The notes: a model not told the origin generated them from the letters alone. A stretch of 64,000 nt of DNA from Eledone cirrhosa (GCA_964016885.1 OZ024747.1:82832001-82896000), one strand, 5' to 3'; shown: positions 44,596-57,285, counted from the first letter of the stretch. Numbers and translations are program-made.

Positions 44596-44831
44596 CGCGC
44601 GCGTGTGTGTGTGATCGATAGCAATGTATTGCTGAATATTTATGTTAACGCACGTGTGTGTGTGTGATCGATAGCAATGTTTTTTTGAACATTTATGTTA
44701 ACATTTGCGTATATTATGTGTGTGTGTGTGTGTGTGTATGTGTGTGTGTGTGTGTATGTGTGTGTGTGTGTGTGTGTGTCTGTGTGTGTGTGTGTGTGTG
44801 TAGTTATAATAGTGTGTATGTGTGTATATAA

Positions 44832-45006
44832 TAGGTAGATTCCCGAAGGAAATCTGGGAGGTGACCACAGTTAAAGAAAGTACTCAATATGTTGGCAAAG
44901 TATAAGCAACTGTTTTTTTTTATATAGAAATGACTTCTACAGGACTAGAACTATTTCATTCATATGAAATCATTCAGTTCTAGTCCTGGTGAAGTCATTT
45001 CGATAT

Positions 45007-45010
<4 letters not shown>
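44832..45010 (-). mobile_element. family C element with core truncated by a fold-back
   Basis: acttctacaggactagaactatttcattcatatgaaatcat, then inverted agttctagtcctgg.gaagtcatttc. Confidence 0.75.
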
Positions 45011-45053
<43 letters not shown>

Positions 45054-45154
45054 TAGGTAATTCCAAAGGAAAAGCAAAGAAAAAAAGAATGCTCTATGCT
45101 CTATTTAATTAGAAAGTGAACAACACAAAATATAACTACTCCATTACCCGACAT

Positions 45155-45219
45155 CTCTGCCTGACGAACGATCCAGACGTATATTATCGTCTGTGATCCA
45201 GAAACCTTTGGTAATGGAG
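45155..45219 (+). ncRNA. type I hammerhead-like motif (family F)
   Basis: CTGACGA at 45161-45167; long stem II gatc.cagacg / cgtctg.gatc; GAAA at 45201; ACC-ttt-GGT-A^; imperfect stem I ctctg/tggag. Enclosed by ~46-bp inverted arms at 45103-45148 and 45210-45256. Confidence 0.62.
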
Positions 45220-45403
45220 TAGTTATATTTTGTGTTGTTCACTTTCTAATTAAATATATATATATATAGATAAATCTACCAAAAGTTTACGGTAGTGTCC
45301 AATCCGTATGAAGAACTCAATGTAATCCGGATATCATGAAAAGAAGAGATGCATTCAAAAATCACTTTCGGTGAAAGATAAACGGAAAACAGAGTCAAAA
45401 TAA

Positions 45404-45712
45404 ATTATTAAAAAAATAATGAATAAACAAAGAAACAGTTCCTTATATTAAACAAAAAAAGTTCATTATTTTACGATCGTTTCTAGGACATATATGTGTT
45501 AGAATTGGTATGCATATTTATTTATGAAGACAGCATATATATGTGAAGGTATGTATATTCACTCTGATAGTTTGTATAATTTTGTACATAGATCTTTTGA
45601 ATATGCATACCAATTCTAACACATATATGTCCTAGAAACGATCGTAAAATAATGAACTTTTTTTGTTTAATATAAGGAACTGTTTCTTTGTTTATTCATT
45701 ATTTTTTTAATA

Positions 45713-45716
<4 letters not shown>
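45404..45716. mobile_element. ~115-bp inverted repeat carrying a half hammerhead (family G)
   Basis: cctaGAAAC-GATC-GTA^aaa in both arms; another copy at 42748-42845. Confidence 0.65.
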
Positions 45717-45744
<28 letters not shown>

Positions 45745-45748
<4 letters not shown>

Positions 45749-45967
45749 GTAGAACACTGGAAGGTAATATCCGTAGTAGTAGAGCACTCAGTCCATGGGA
45801 CGAGTTAGGTAGAAGTGGTTACACAACAGTTAGTTCACCATACCGAGAACAATTGTTTCACCTTCGCGGATCCTCAGCTCGCAATCCGATTACGAGCTGA
45901 GGATCCGCTAAGGTGAAACAATTGTTTGTTCTCGGTATGGTGAACTAACTGTTGTGTAACCACTTCT
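45745..45967. mobile_element. family A element, head-to-head inverted hammerhead pair in (TA)n
   Basis: Minus core gag-CTGAGGA-tccgcgaaggt-GAAACAATTGTT^ctcgg (~45843-45881) is intact; the plus core (45893-45935) has a 4-bp duplication. Confidence 0.8.
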
Positions 45968-45987
45968 ATATATATATATATATATAC

Positions 45988-46159
<172 letters not shown>

Positions 46160-46177
46160 TGTGGCTTTCTTTGGTTG

Positions 46178-46585
46178 TAACTTCTCTGTTTTTTAGCCTA
46201 AGAAAATATATATATATGCCTACGTATATAATTACACGCATATATGTATTTATTTTCTTTTATTAATTGAGTTCTTTACACGAGGAATTAATATTGGTTT
46301 AGAAATAACTAATTAACCCGCGTGTGTTTTATATTTTACTCTTAATAATTCGGCCGGAGAATTATATTCCCATTTGCCCTTTATAGCATAACTTTCTACA
46401 TTTACTGCGGTTATGAGAAGCGGTTCTTATTCGGGTACAACTTCTGATTTAGCCTAAGAAAATATCTATATGCGTGTGTAATTTATACAAGCATATATTT
46501 ATTTTTTTATTTTCAATTGAGTTCTTAAACACGTTGGATTGATAATGTTTTCAAAATAACTAAGTAACCCGCGTGTGTATTATTA
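46178..46585 (+). repeat. diverged direct duplication (~260-bp period), probably within a non-autonomous DNA element
   Basis: aacttct..tttagcctaagaaaatat...aattgagttctt..aaataactaa.taacccgcgtgtgt at ~46178 and ~46439. Confidence 0.75.
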
Positions 46586-47081
46586 TTTTTTTTCCTCATT
46601 TCGTGGATCGTGGGTTGTCTCCCCTTCCCGCTTCGTGTCGCTATGATACTTCCTCAGTCAAAAACTGCTGGAATTTCAAATTTGGCGGTCATTCGAGGTG
46701 AGAGAGAGCAACTTTACGGTCATGATTTTTGACAGCGGTAAGAAATAATTTTCTTATATCAATGTTTAATGGGCTTCCACTGATGATTTATAAGTGCCCA
46801 CCTAAATATATTCTTACATGAATATATATTAGGCTTCTACATAAACTGGAAACATTCTCCCAACTTGTAGAAAACTTATAATGAAACAATTGTTTGGAAA
46901 GAGAGATATACTTTAACTTTAATTATATCTCATAAAATAATACAACTGGTTTTTCCACATTATACATATTGTTAGCACCCCAAACACTTAAATTGGGTTT
47001 ATATTTTAATATAACCTAATGTCTGTTGAGTGAGATGGTTACCAGTCAGAGTTTAGCTTTAAACTATCTCTGTTATTGTAT

Positions 47082-47203
<122 letters not shown>

Positions 47204-47289
47204 GCTTTTGAAATACGTGAATCTATGTTCATCTAATGTAGCCTCGTTACATGCCCCAACTCTATTCATCTTAGCAGGATATCCCTACA

Positions 47290-48210
47290 ATAATAATCTC
47301 ACCTTAATGGACTTAGACTTCTTTCACTCTGCAAGAAATTTGATCTTACATTATTAATAGTTTTTTCAACAACCTGCAAACCGTAAGCAACATGGATGCA
47401 TGCTAGATGCATCCATGTTGTCTTATGGTTTGCTATCTCTCGGGCCATACACTGCTGCGCAGTAAGGTTTCGTTGAATCCTCCCAACAAAAGGCTTGTTT
47501 AAAGGCCACCTATCTCACCCAAGATTGATGTGGGTGCTTTGAGATCCAGTGATAGGGGGCAGGAAGTTTCTGCAAAACTTGACACATCCCTCGAATCTTT
47601 CCAAATGTCTGATGACATTGAGTCTTCCTGGAAAATTTACAAAGATGCCACCTATGCAGCCTCTTTAGAAAACACTAGGACTGGTTTGATGAAAGCAACT
47701 CAGGTTTCCAGAACCTTATCAGCGAGATGCATAACATACACAGGCTTTGGATCGGGGATATAAACTCAACTACAAAGAAAGCCTTTAAATATTGTAAGCA
47801 GCAGACAGTCCTCACTTAGAAAGATGAAGGATGCCTGGAAGGCAGCTAAAGCAGCTGAACTACAAGAAACTGCAGATAAAAAGGACTATAATGATCTGAA
47901 GGCTATGTTTGCTGGCTAAATTCACTTCTATCCTCTGACGGTACAACTCTATACACAAATAAAGCTGAGATGCTCTCTCAATGGAACACTTGGAAAAGAA
48001 TCGAAATGCTGAGTCAAACATAGATGAAGATATATCAGCTATTCCACAAAGGCCAGAGATACCCGAATTAGCATTTAATCCAAGCTAGAATTAAGTACAA
48101 GTCGCAATGAAGCAACTGTCATAAAAGAAAAAAAGTTTTACCAGGGTAAACATGGCATCCCACCTAAAATTTTGAAATATGGTGGTTAAAAACTGGTTCG
48201 TAAACTTTGA
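47290..48210 (+). mobile_element. fossil RTE-BovB-like LINE ORF (endonuclease end to RT start)
   Basis: Disrupted motifs NSFFQQPA..TWMH, DWFDES, LRKMKDAW.AAKAAELQETADKKD, LSSDGTTLYTNKAEMLSQW, KQLS..PG.HGIPPKILKYGG. Confidence 0.8.
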
Positions 48211-48649
48211 AGCAGGTGCCTTGACCCAGTGTTTGATATTCTCAGAGACTGGGGGTATTTTAATAGCTATTTGTAATTTTTATGAGTGTTTAACCATCAT
48301 TTACCATGTAAACGTATGCAGCATTTGACACAAAATTAGATTTAGAACTGCACACAATTAGATTTAGAATTACACCAGTCGAGGTCAACAGCATGTTAAA
48401 ATATTCACCGATACATATGGAGATATGGACATATAATATACGGAAACAGACACAATCATAAACTTATACAGATCATAAAGAGGAACTCACTTAGCAACGA
48501 TATTGAAAAGTAATCCTATTTACAAAAGATTAAGGGATTCGGTTTACAAATCACATTGTTTCGGATTCTGTCCTACGGCGTGGAAACCTTGAACAATGTC
48601 TTGTGAGTGAAATTTGGTATTCAGAAACCCGTTGAGTATGTGTGTGTGT

Positions 48650-48689
<40 letters not shown>

Positions 48690-48691
<2 letters not shown>

Positions 48692-48868
48692 ATGGATGCA
48701 TTAAAAAACCTGTTAGACCATTTCTCACCAGAGTACTCGATACTTGGGGTAGTAGAGTGTGGTAATGTGAAAGAGTCGGGACCCCGACGGCTGAGCTCTT
48801 ATCGTTTCCACAGTAGTTCGGAACTACCTGTTGAAACGGCAAGAGCTCAGCCGTCGGGGTCCCGACTC

Positions 48869-48874
<6 letters not shown>
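48690..48874 (-). mobile_element. family B-related element with fold-back in (TA)n
   Basis: Arms tgaaagagtcgggaccccgacggctgagctctt (48768-48800) and aagagctcagccgtcggggtcccgactctttca (48841-48873). Confidence 0.8.
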
Positions 48875-48899
<25 letters not shown>

Positions 48900-49373
48900 C
48901 AAATATATAGGGAGATTGTAGGTGCGTGGACGTGTTTGCGTTTACTGTTTGTTTGTATCTCAGAAATTAGCGGTTCGACAAATAGAGATCGTTCAAATAA
49001 GTACCGAGGTCAATATGATTGACTAAATTCCCTTGAGATCGATACCTTAGCATTGTCGCAGTCTAATAAATACAAACTCACACACACACGCTCACACACA
49101 CATGATTATGTATTAATACTCTCCAAACACATTGGTGCAGACATACACAGGCATGTCGCCACATGAGAAATATTCTCAAATATCAAACAGCTCAGATATA
49201 TCGACATACTCACAAACACTCGTATAAAACACTCGTCAATACAAACATAAACACTGCCAACCCACCGTTGGTAATGAAATAGATTATAGTCACTCTTGCA
49301 TGTAAAATACTCATATACATACATAGATTTACATTTACGTTTGTCTCTGTGTTTACTATTACAATGTGTGAGT

Positions 49374-49435
<62 letters not shown>

Positions 49436-49449
49436 AGAAAGTGAGACAA

Positions 49450-49489
<40 letters not shown>

Positions 49490-49653
49490 AGCGTTTGTGG
49501 ATGGAAAACTGAAGAAATCGTCAATAAATGCTTTGGTATAGAAATATGACAAAATTCAAACGGACAGGGCCCTCCATTTTACCATATTTCTGTTGTGTGT
49601 GTGAGTGTATTAGAGAGAGAGAGAGCCAGAGAGAGAGAGAGAGAGAGGGAGAC

Positions 49654-49707
<54 letters not shown>

Positions 49708-50144
49708 GTAGATGATGATCCCTCCCGTCAAGAATTATGTAAGACCATCCAACTGGTGGTTCTACTCAACGATCTACTCATTGAATTAATGTACAAAATA
49801 ATTGAATATACCCCAGACAAGTGTACCCTTAATATATTTCCTATGTAGAATCAGTATGACACGATATGACAAAAGTCACACTTTTGACATGTCTACTCAA
49901 TTTTACTCTGAAGATTTGTGTCGACTTGAAGCTATGATAGCAAAAGCTCTTGCCTAAAATGCCACAGAAGGAGACGAAACCTGGGTCCTTATTATTGCAA
50001 AGCGAACTTTATAACTTTGGTTATGCTTGCGTCATGTATATTGTATATATTTGATGATAGAAGTTAACTCAATAATAAATATAACTCTTGCTCGTAAAGG
50101 AATTATAAAACGAAGATGACTTTTAAGCCGAGCTTACGAGTTGT

Positions 50145-50640
50145 AGCTTCTACCATAGCCATTACAACTAAACTACATGTTCATAAATAAAAAGTGGAAA
50201 AACAACGTGCTAAACTGCGAAGCATATAATTCCTTTGAAGGAGTTAGTTCTGATTATTCTAAACCCTTTAGCAGATTTCGATTGAGTTTACGCCCCAATA
50301 AACAGAAAATATCAAAACCTCCACCATATGACTGGTCGACACTTATTAACATAAATCTCTCAACAATACATCATGTCGGTTAAAAACAATTTTGAGGCAT
50401 CAGAAACAGAAACTGAAATTAACTCCCAAAATGCAATATATAGCAATTTTGTCGTCTCTCATCAATAAGCTGTGGAAGACTAACATCAAACGCCGAGTCC
50501 CAGAGGAATCTGAACCAATTATCGAAAAATGCAATCAGTTGGAGAGTGTAGCCCATTCAAAATCAGCCAAACCTCCCAGAACAAATACGACGACATTCAA
50601 AAGAGCTCAGCAAGATCTTACCTACATTAATAAAATCGAA
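50145..50640 (+). mobile_element. fossil RTE-clade LINE AP-endonuclease C-terminal fragment
   Basis: QLNYMFINKKWKNNVLNCEAYNSFEGVSSDY matches the LINE APE motif LDY(I/M).I...SDH. Confidence 0.72.
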
Positions 50641-51091
50641 TACAAAACAGTTAGTGATACTCTTTCAGTATTTTGTGTTTATTATGTTTTGTTTGGATAA
50701 AGTTGGAGGAATACCGTTCTTAATATTGTATTGTGATAACGTTCTGGAATGAGTTTCATATATCTGGGCGTTTGAAGATGGTACTTATAAGGACTGGACT
50801 CTGATACGCAAATGTGCCTCTCACATGTATAAATGTTTTTTTCGTTCAAATATTGTGTGGTTTGAGTGTCGTCTGCGTACAGCTTGTGATAATGCCAAAT
50901 GTGATATGGTGTGTTTGTTGTGCGTTGCGATTTCTTGTGAAAAAATTGAGGTTCACAAATAACTGGTATATTCCATGCTGGGTCTGATATATTGTTTGTA
51001 TTCTAAAGTTTATTTTGTTATGTTCAAATATGATGTCTCTAAGTGCTCTTAGAGTGTTTATACTTAGACTTGTGTATGTGTAATGCAAGTA

Positions 51092-51596
51092 TTGGCGATG
51101 AATTGGCAGTGTTAAAACGTCAGATAGAATGCTTTGCGGTATCCGTTTCATGTCTCTACTCTCAATTCAAATCCTGCCGAGGTCAACTTTGCCTTTCATC
51201 CATTCGAGGTCGATAAAATAGTACCAGTCAAGTACTGGAGTCGATTCTTTCTCTATATCTCTTTCTCGTTTCCATTCTTTCATTCTCTATAACTGAAAAA
51301 AATCTGCTGTATTCAGACCCGGAGAGGCGATATGCTCTGCCGTATGTCAATAAGGTGGAAAATTAGAACATCGGATATAATGTTTGTGGGGTTCGTTCTG
51401 GCCCTCAGCGCTCAGGGTTCAAATCTAGCCGAGGTCAACTTTAGCTTTCATGCTTTCGGAGTCGATAAATAAAGTACTATTTCAATACTGAAGTCGGTTC
51501 ACTCTCTCTCTCTCTCTAAGTTATCAGCTGTGTTCAGACCTGGAAAGGAATGAGCTCCGTCAGGTTTTTAATGCCCAAGACGAATTTATGTCTCTA
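51092..51596 (+). mobile_element. two tandem composite SINE1-(CT)n-tail units
   Basis: ttcaaatcctgccgaggtcaactttgcc and ttcaaatctagccgaggtcaactttagc, each followed by a CT-rich tract and gctgt.ttcagacc.gga.agg. Confidence 0.8.
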
Positions 51597-52098
51597 TTAA
51601 GAAGGAAGGACAAGAAGCATACAGCCGGTATAAATTTAAAAGAGAAAATGAAAGTACGGATGCTTGTGGGACTTAATATTCGTGACATGAAAAATAATTG
51701 ACAAGCCAGCCAGCATTTTGAGTTGCTTCTTAATGAGGTATTTAGTATTTTGCTTATAATTGGGTATCTGGGAACAGAGCCAGATTATTTAATGGTGTCT
51801 TGATTAAAATAATATAGATAGTAGGTCTCTTATGTTGGAAGCAGTCATGTATTCCTTTGTGCAAGCATTATGAATATTCTAAATGTTGGGAGTAGTTGCG
51901 AGTTGGAAAGAGGCATATATATACATATACATATATGGTTAGTTTCAGAAGATCCAGTTAAGGGTGAAAGCAGCGATTCTTTCCTTAAACTTTAATCTGT
52001 TATTTTAATAAATATTTGCTCTACGGTTCTTATATATTTGATATATATTTATCCTTATTGAGCCCTCTTTGGATTTTAGTCTTCAAATTTATTATTAT

Positions 52099-52146
<48 letters not shown>

Positions 52147-52392
52147 TTGTATCTTTACCACTTCTAGCAGTCTCTCTCCCTCTCTGTTACCCTCTCCTCA
52201 ACTTTCACTCACTCATTCTCTGTCACTACCTCTCCTCCTCCTCTTTCCTCCTCCTCCTTCAAGTTTGACCTGTGTGTAATTCTTTTCTCGCGCAGTCTTG
52301 ACCGAGCTGGTATGGAATTTTTTTCTCTCTATCTTTCGTCTGTGACTTCACAAAACTTGCGTTTACCGATTTCGCAGACCAAACCACCTTAT

Positions 52393-52498
52393 CTTCTTCT
52401 TCTTCTTCTTCTTCTTCTTCTTCTTCTTCTTCTTCTTCTTCTTCTTCTTCTTCTTCTTCTTCTTCTTCTTCTTCTTCTTCTTCTTCTTCTTCTTCTTC
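52393..52498. repeat. (CTT)n microsatellite
   Basis: Pure run. Confidence 0.98.
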
Positions 52499-52832
52499 CT
52501 CTTCTCTCCTTTCTCTGTCTCTCTCTCTCTCTTTTTTCCCCCCGTCAAACTTGGGCGAAATTCTTTCCTTGCTCACATTTCTACCAGGTTCGATGGTCTT
52601 TCGTCTCTTGTTCACGATTTCACAGAGTTTATATTCATAGAGATCTGGGACTTGTCTATTTCTACTCACTTTCCGTTGCTTAAACCCTTTTTGTTGTTAC
52701 TCTAGCGTCCCCCTTTATTTACGTGTCCCAACGACTTTTTTTAGCCGTTGTTCGCACCAACCTGAGGCATATGGCCCTTAAAGCGATGAAATGCCGAGGA
52801 CGGTTGGAGGGTCACTGATGAAGGACTCACTT

Positions 52833-52906
<74 letters not shown>

Positions 52907-52955
52907 CAAAATAAGAGGAGGCATGTACTGGTGTAAATCCTTGAAATGTTTATTA

Positions 52956-53011
52956 TACTATGATCATTTCAATGACCGGGTTCAGTATGAATCCGGTGAC
53001 ATCATCAGGTA
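52956..53011 (-). ncRNA. type I hammerhead ribozyme motif (family D, inverted copy)
   Basis: Identical to 53552-53607 on the opposite strand. Confidence 0.7.
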
Positions 53012-53551
53012 ATTCAAAATATAACGAAGGAATAAAACAGATAAAAGTCAATGGTGTTTAATTTTTGTACTATATATACCACCCTGACAATTTATCGTGA
53101 CTATATATATCACACTTAAACTTCTTCTTAAAAGCCTCCTTATGTTGTCACCTTCACTATATATACCAATTGCACACACTCTCTTTGTCAATCTCTCTGT
53201 TTTACTCTCTCTGTCACTCTCTATCTCTCTTTCATTCACACACACTCTCTCCCTTTTTAATCTCTATGTCTGTCTTCGCGTCCTTCAAAAAACATATTTC
53301 GCGGCAATATCGAGCATGCCTGACCAGTCTGATTGACGCGTGACCTCAGCGCTGACACTTCCATCTGTCGGGATGGTGGTAGTACATTAAAGGCTTGCGC
53401 CCCTACACCAGATGGTAGTATCTAGACCCAATAATCAGCACTTGAGGGCGGTCGATGCAGTTAGAAGCTGCTAAATTACCGGCCACCCTCCTATCTCTGA
53501 TTTAAACACCATTGACTTTTATCTGTTTTATTCCTTCGTTATATTTTGAAT

Positions 53552-53607
53552 TACCTGATGATGTCACCGGATTCATACTGAACCCGGTCATTGAAATGAT
53601 CATAGTA
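53552..53607 (+). ncRNA. type I hammerhead ribozyme motif (family D)
   Basis: tac-CTGATGA(53555)-long stem II accgg.ttca tac tgaa.ccggt-GAAA(53593)-T GATC A-TA^gta; palindromic stem III. Confidence 0.7.
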
Positions 53608-53766
53608 TAATAAACATTTCAAGGATTTACACCAGTCCATGCCTCCTGTTATTTTGTAATAATTAACTCCGTACTCGCACCACCAACTACACAAACGACG
53701 AAGGGTGAGTTGCATTACGTTGAGTGCTTTCCTTAACATTACATCGTGGTTGACCACACAGAATAA

Positions 53767-53836
<70 letters not shown>

Positions 53837-53875
53837 ATATTAAATAAATGGAAACTATATTTATGAAACCATATT

Positions 53876-53936
53876 TATTCTATTATATATATTTCAAGAG
53901 TACCAAAACTTTGGTACGCTTTCATCAGATAAAATA
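53876..53936 (-). ncRNA. type I hammerhead ribozyme motif (family H), best-formed in the window
   Basis: tattttat-CTGATGA-aag c gtaccaa agtt ttggtac t ctt-GAAA-T ATAT A-TA^atagaata: 8-bp stem I, 10-bp stem II, palindromic stem III; element 53830-54003 lies between TA tracts. Confidence 0.82.
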
Positions 53937-54140
53937 CAAAGTTTGTTTTATAAATTTTGACATAACCAAGGAAAGATACCTTAACGGTTCAAGTTTTCCT
54001 TGGATATATATATATATATATATATATATATCCATGCGTTCGTGATTACAAGACTGGGCTTTACAGAAATATTTTGGATGTTCATAAAAAGGTGAGGGAT
54101 ATGTGGGGATGGTTTGGTTTAATTTGTCTTACATATTACA

Positions 54141-54722
54141 TTCTTCGTCTTCTTCTTCGCCCACTTATTCCTGGGAGGGTCGTGGGAGCAGAGTCCTCAA
54201 GCACGCCTCACAGCGAGTCCTGTCAGAAGCAACAGTCTCCAATTGATCTTGCTGGATCCCCAAGCGATACCAGCATATCTCACTGATGTTATCCAGCAAT
54301 CTTGCTCGTTGTCTACCCCTGGGTCTCCTGCAGGCTGGTTTTCCCGTAAAATCTGTTCAATGATTCTTTCCTGAAGAATTCTAACCACATTTTCGTAATA
54401 TAACAACTGTGATCTCTCAATTCGTAAAAGTAACGACTCTGCCTGGAGCGACTTTCTGAATCCCAAGCTACGCACTCTATCGAGTAACGTTACCCCGTAG
54501 ACCCTTCTGGGGAACCCCATTTCGGCTGCTTGTATTAGCAATCGTATTCTTTCAGTCATTAACCAAAACTCATGACCATAGGTAGAGAGCTGGCACGAAT
54601 ATCGAATTGAAGATAACGAGTTTGGCCTCTAGACCTTCATCTTTTCTTCTGGTGACCGAATACTGAAGCTGGCGCATCACTGCACCAGCTATTGCAACTT
54701 TTGCACTCTCACCTTCCATCAC
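54141..54722 (-). mobile_element. 5'-truncated RTE (Expander/Rex3-like) LINE 3' end
   Basis: SIFVPAL..VWLMTERIRLLIQAAEMGFPRRVYGVTLLDRVRS..LLLRIERSQL; ends in a (GAA)-rich tail. Confidence 0.88.
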
Positions 54723-54724
54723 TT

Positions 54725-56865
54725 GTTGGTCTATTGTCTATGTGTGTGTGTATGTTAGTCTATTGTCTATGTGTGTGTGTGTGTGTTGGTCTATTGTCTA
54801 TGTGTGTGTGTGTGTTGGTCTATTGTCTATGTGTGTGTGTGTGTGTGTGTGTGTTGGTCTATTGTCTATATGTGTGTGTGTGTGTTGGTCTATTGTCTAT
54901 GTGTGTGTGTGTGTTGGTCTATTGTCTATGTGTGTGTGTATGTTGGTTTATTGTCTATGTGTGTGTGTGTGTGTTGGTTTATTGTCTATGTGTGTGTGTG
55001 TGTTGGTCTATTGTCTATGTGTGTGTGTGTGTGTTGGTCTATTGTCTATGTGTGTGTGTGTGTGTTGGTTTATTGTCTATGTGTGTGTCTGTGTTGGTCT
55101 CTTGTCTATGTGTGTGTGTGTGTGTTGGTTTATTGTCTATGTGTGTGTCTGTGTTGGTCTATTGTCTATGTGTGTGTGTGTGTGTTGGTTTATTGTCTAT
55201 GTGTGTGTCTGTGTTGGTCTATTGTCTATGTGTGTGTGTGTGTGTGTGTTGGTTTATTGTCTATGTGTGTGTCTGTGTTGGTCTATTGTCTATGTGTGTG
55301 TGTGTGTGTTGGTCTATTGTCTATGTGTGTGTGTGTGTGTGTGTGTGTTGGTCTATTGTCTATATGTGTGTGTGTGTGTTGGTCTATTGTCTATGTGTGT
55401 GTGTGTGTTGGTCTATTGTCTATGTGTGTGTGTATGTTGGTTTATTGTCTATGTGTGTGTGTGTGTGTTGGTTTATTGTCTATGTGTGTGTGTGTGTTGG
55501 TCTATTGTCTATGTGTGTGTGTGTGTGTTGGTCTATTGTCTATGTGTGTGTGTGTGTGTTGGTTTATTGTCTATGTGTGTGTCTGTGTTGGTCTCTTGTC
55601 TATGTGTGTGTGTGTGTGTTGGTTTATTGTCTATGTGTGTGTCTGTGTTGGTCTATTGTCTATGTGTGTGTGTGTGTGTTGGTTTATTGTCTATGTGTGT
55701 GTCTGTGTTGGTCTATTGTCTATGTGTGTGTGTGTGTTGGTCTATTGTCTGTGTGTGTGTATGTTGGTTTATTGTCTATGTGTGTGTGTGTTGGTCTATT
55801 GTCTATGTGTGTGTGTGTGTGTTGGTTTATTGTCTATGTGTGTGTCTGTGTTGGTCTATTGTCTATGTGTGCGTGTGTGTTGGTCTATTGTCTGTGTGTG
55901 TGTATGTTGGTTTATTGTCTATGTGTGTGTGTGTGTTGGTCTATTGTCTATGTGTGTGTGTGTGTTGGTCTATTGTCTATGTGTGTGTGTATGTTGGTTT
56001 ATTGTCTATGTGTGTGTGTGTGTTGGTCTATTGTCTATGTGTGTGTGTGTGTTGGTCTATTGTCTATGTGTGTGTGTATGTTGGTTTATTGTCTATGTGT
56101 GTGTGTGTGTTGGTCTATTGTCTATGTGTGTGTGTATGTTGGTTTATTGTCTATGTGTGTGTGTGTGTTGGTCTATTGTCTATGTGTGTGTGTATGTTGG
56201 TTTATTGTCTATGTGTGTGTGTGTGTTGGTCTATTGTCTATGTGTGTGTGTGTGTGTGTGTTGGTTTATTGTCTATGTGTGTGTCTGTGTTGGTCTATTG
56301 TCTATGTGTGCGTGTGTGTTGGTCTATTGTCTATGTGTGTGTGTATGTTAGTCTATTGTCTATGTGTGTGTGTATGTTGGTCTATTGTCTATGTGTGTGT
56401 GTATGTTGGTTTATTGTCTATGTGTGTGTCTGTGTTGGTCTATTGTCTATGTGTGTGTGTATGTTAGTCTATTGTCTATGTGTGTGTGTATGTTGGTCTA
56501 TTGTCTATGTGTGTGTGTATGTTGGTTTATTGTCTATGTGTGTGTCTGTGTTGGTCTATTGTCTATGTGTGTGTGTATGTTAGTCTATTGTCTATGTGTG
56601 TGTGTATGTTGGTCTATTGTCTATGTGTGTGTGTATGTTGGTTTATTGTCTATGTGTGTGTGTGTGTTGGTCTATTGTCTATGTGTGTGTGTATGTTGGT
56701 TTATTGTCTATGTGTGTGTGTGTGTGTTGGTCTATTGTCTATGTGTGTGTGTATGTTAGTCTATTTTCTATGTGTGTGTATGTTAGTCTATTGTCTATGT
56801 GTGTGTGTATGTTGGCCTATTGTCTATGTGTGTCTATGTTGGTTTGTTGTCTATGTGTGTGTGAT
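54725..56865. repeat. ~30-bp compound satellite gttggt(c/t)tattgtctat(gt)n
   Basis: About 70 units with variable GT length; diagnostic variants recur at ~494-bp spacing. Confidence 0.96.
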
Positions 56866-57249
56866 TATGTGTGTGTATGTTGCTTTATTTTATTTCATTT
56901 TACTTTATTTTATTTTATTTATTTATCTATTGTATTTATCGTAACTGATTTTGGAGAGTGAATCTAGTGGATGCTGTGTGGCTGTTATTTGAAGTTCTTA
57001 GTTCAACATGCCATGTACTGTGACTCTTCTTAGATTTGTTGATGTTGCAACTCACTTAGTGTAGCAATAATTTATTGTTTGTTGTTCTTTGGTTGACGTT
57101 CGATACAAAATGTTTGTAAATTTTATTTCTTTATATTTCGTTTATTTTCCAACAGATTTCTCTGTTTAATTGTGTGGTGTTCATATGTCGGGTCTCAAAA
57201 TGCCACCGTATTTTTTTTTATTATTATTAGGTTATGTGTTCAGGTTGTG

Positions 57250-57285
<36 letters not shown>

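Larger units (their letters stand above)
52902..53770. mobile_element. family D element with ~160-bp inverted terminal segments, in (TA)n
   Basis: 52902-53060 is the reverse complement of 53502-53660; 3' tail with cgttgagtgc; TA tracts on both sides. Confidence 0.82.
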
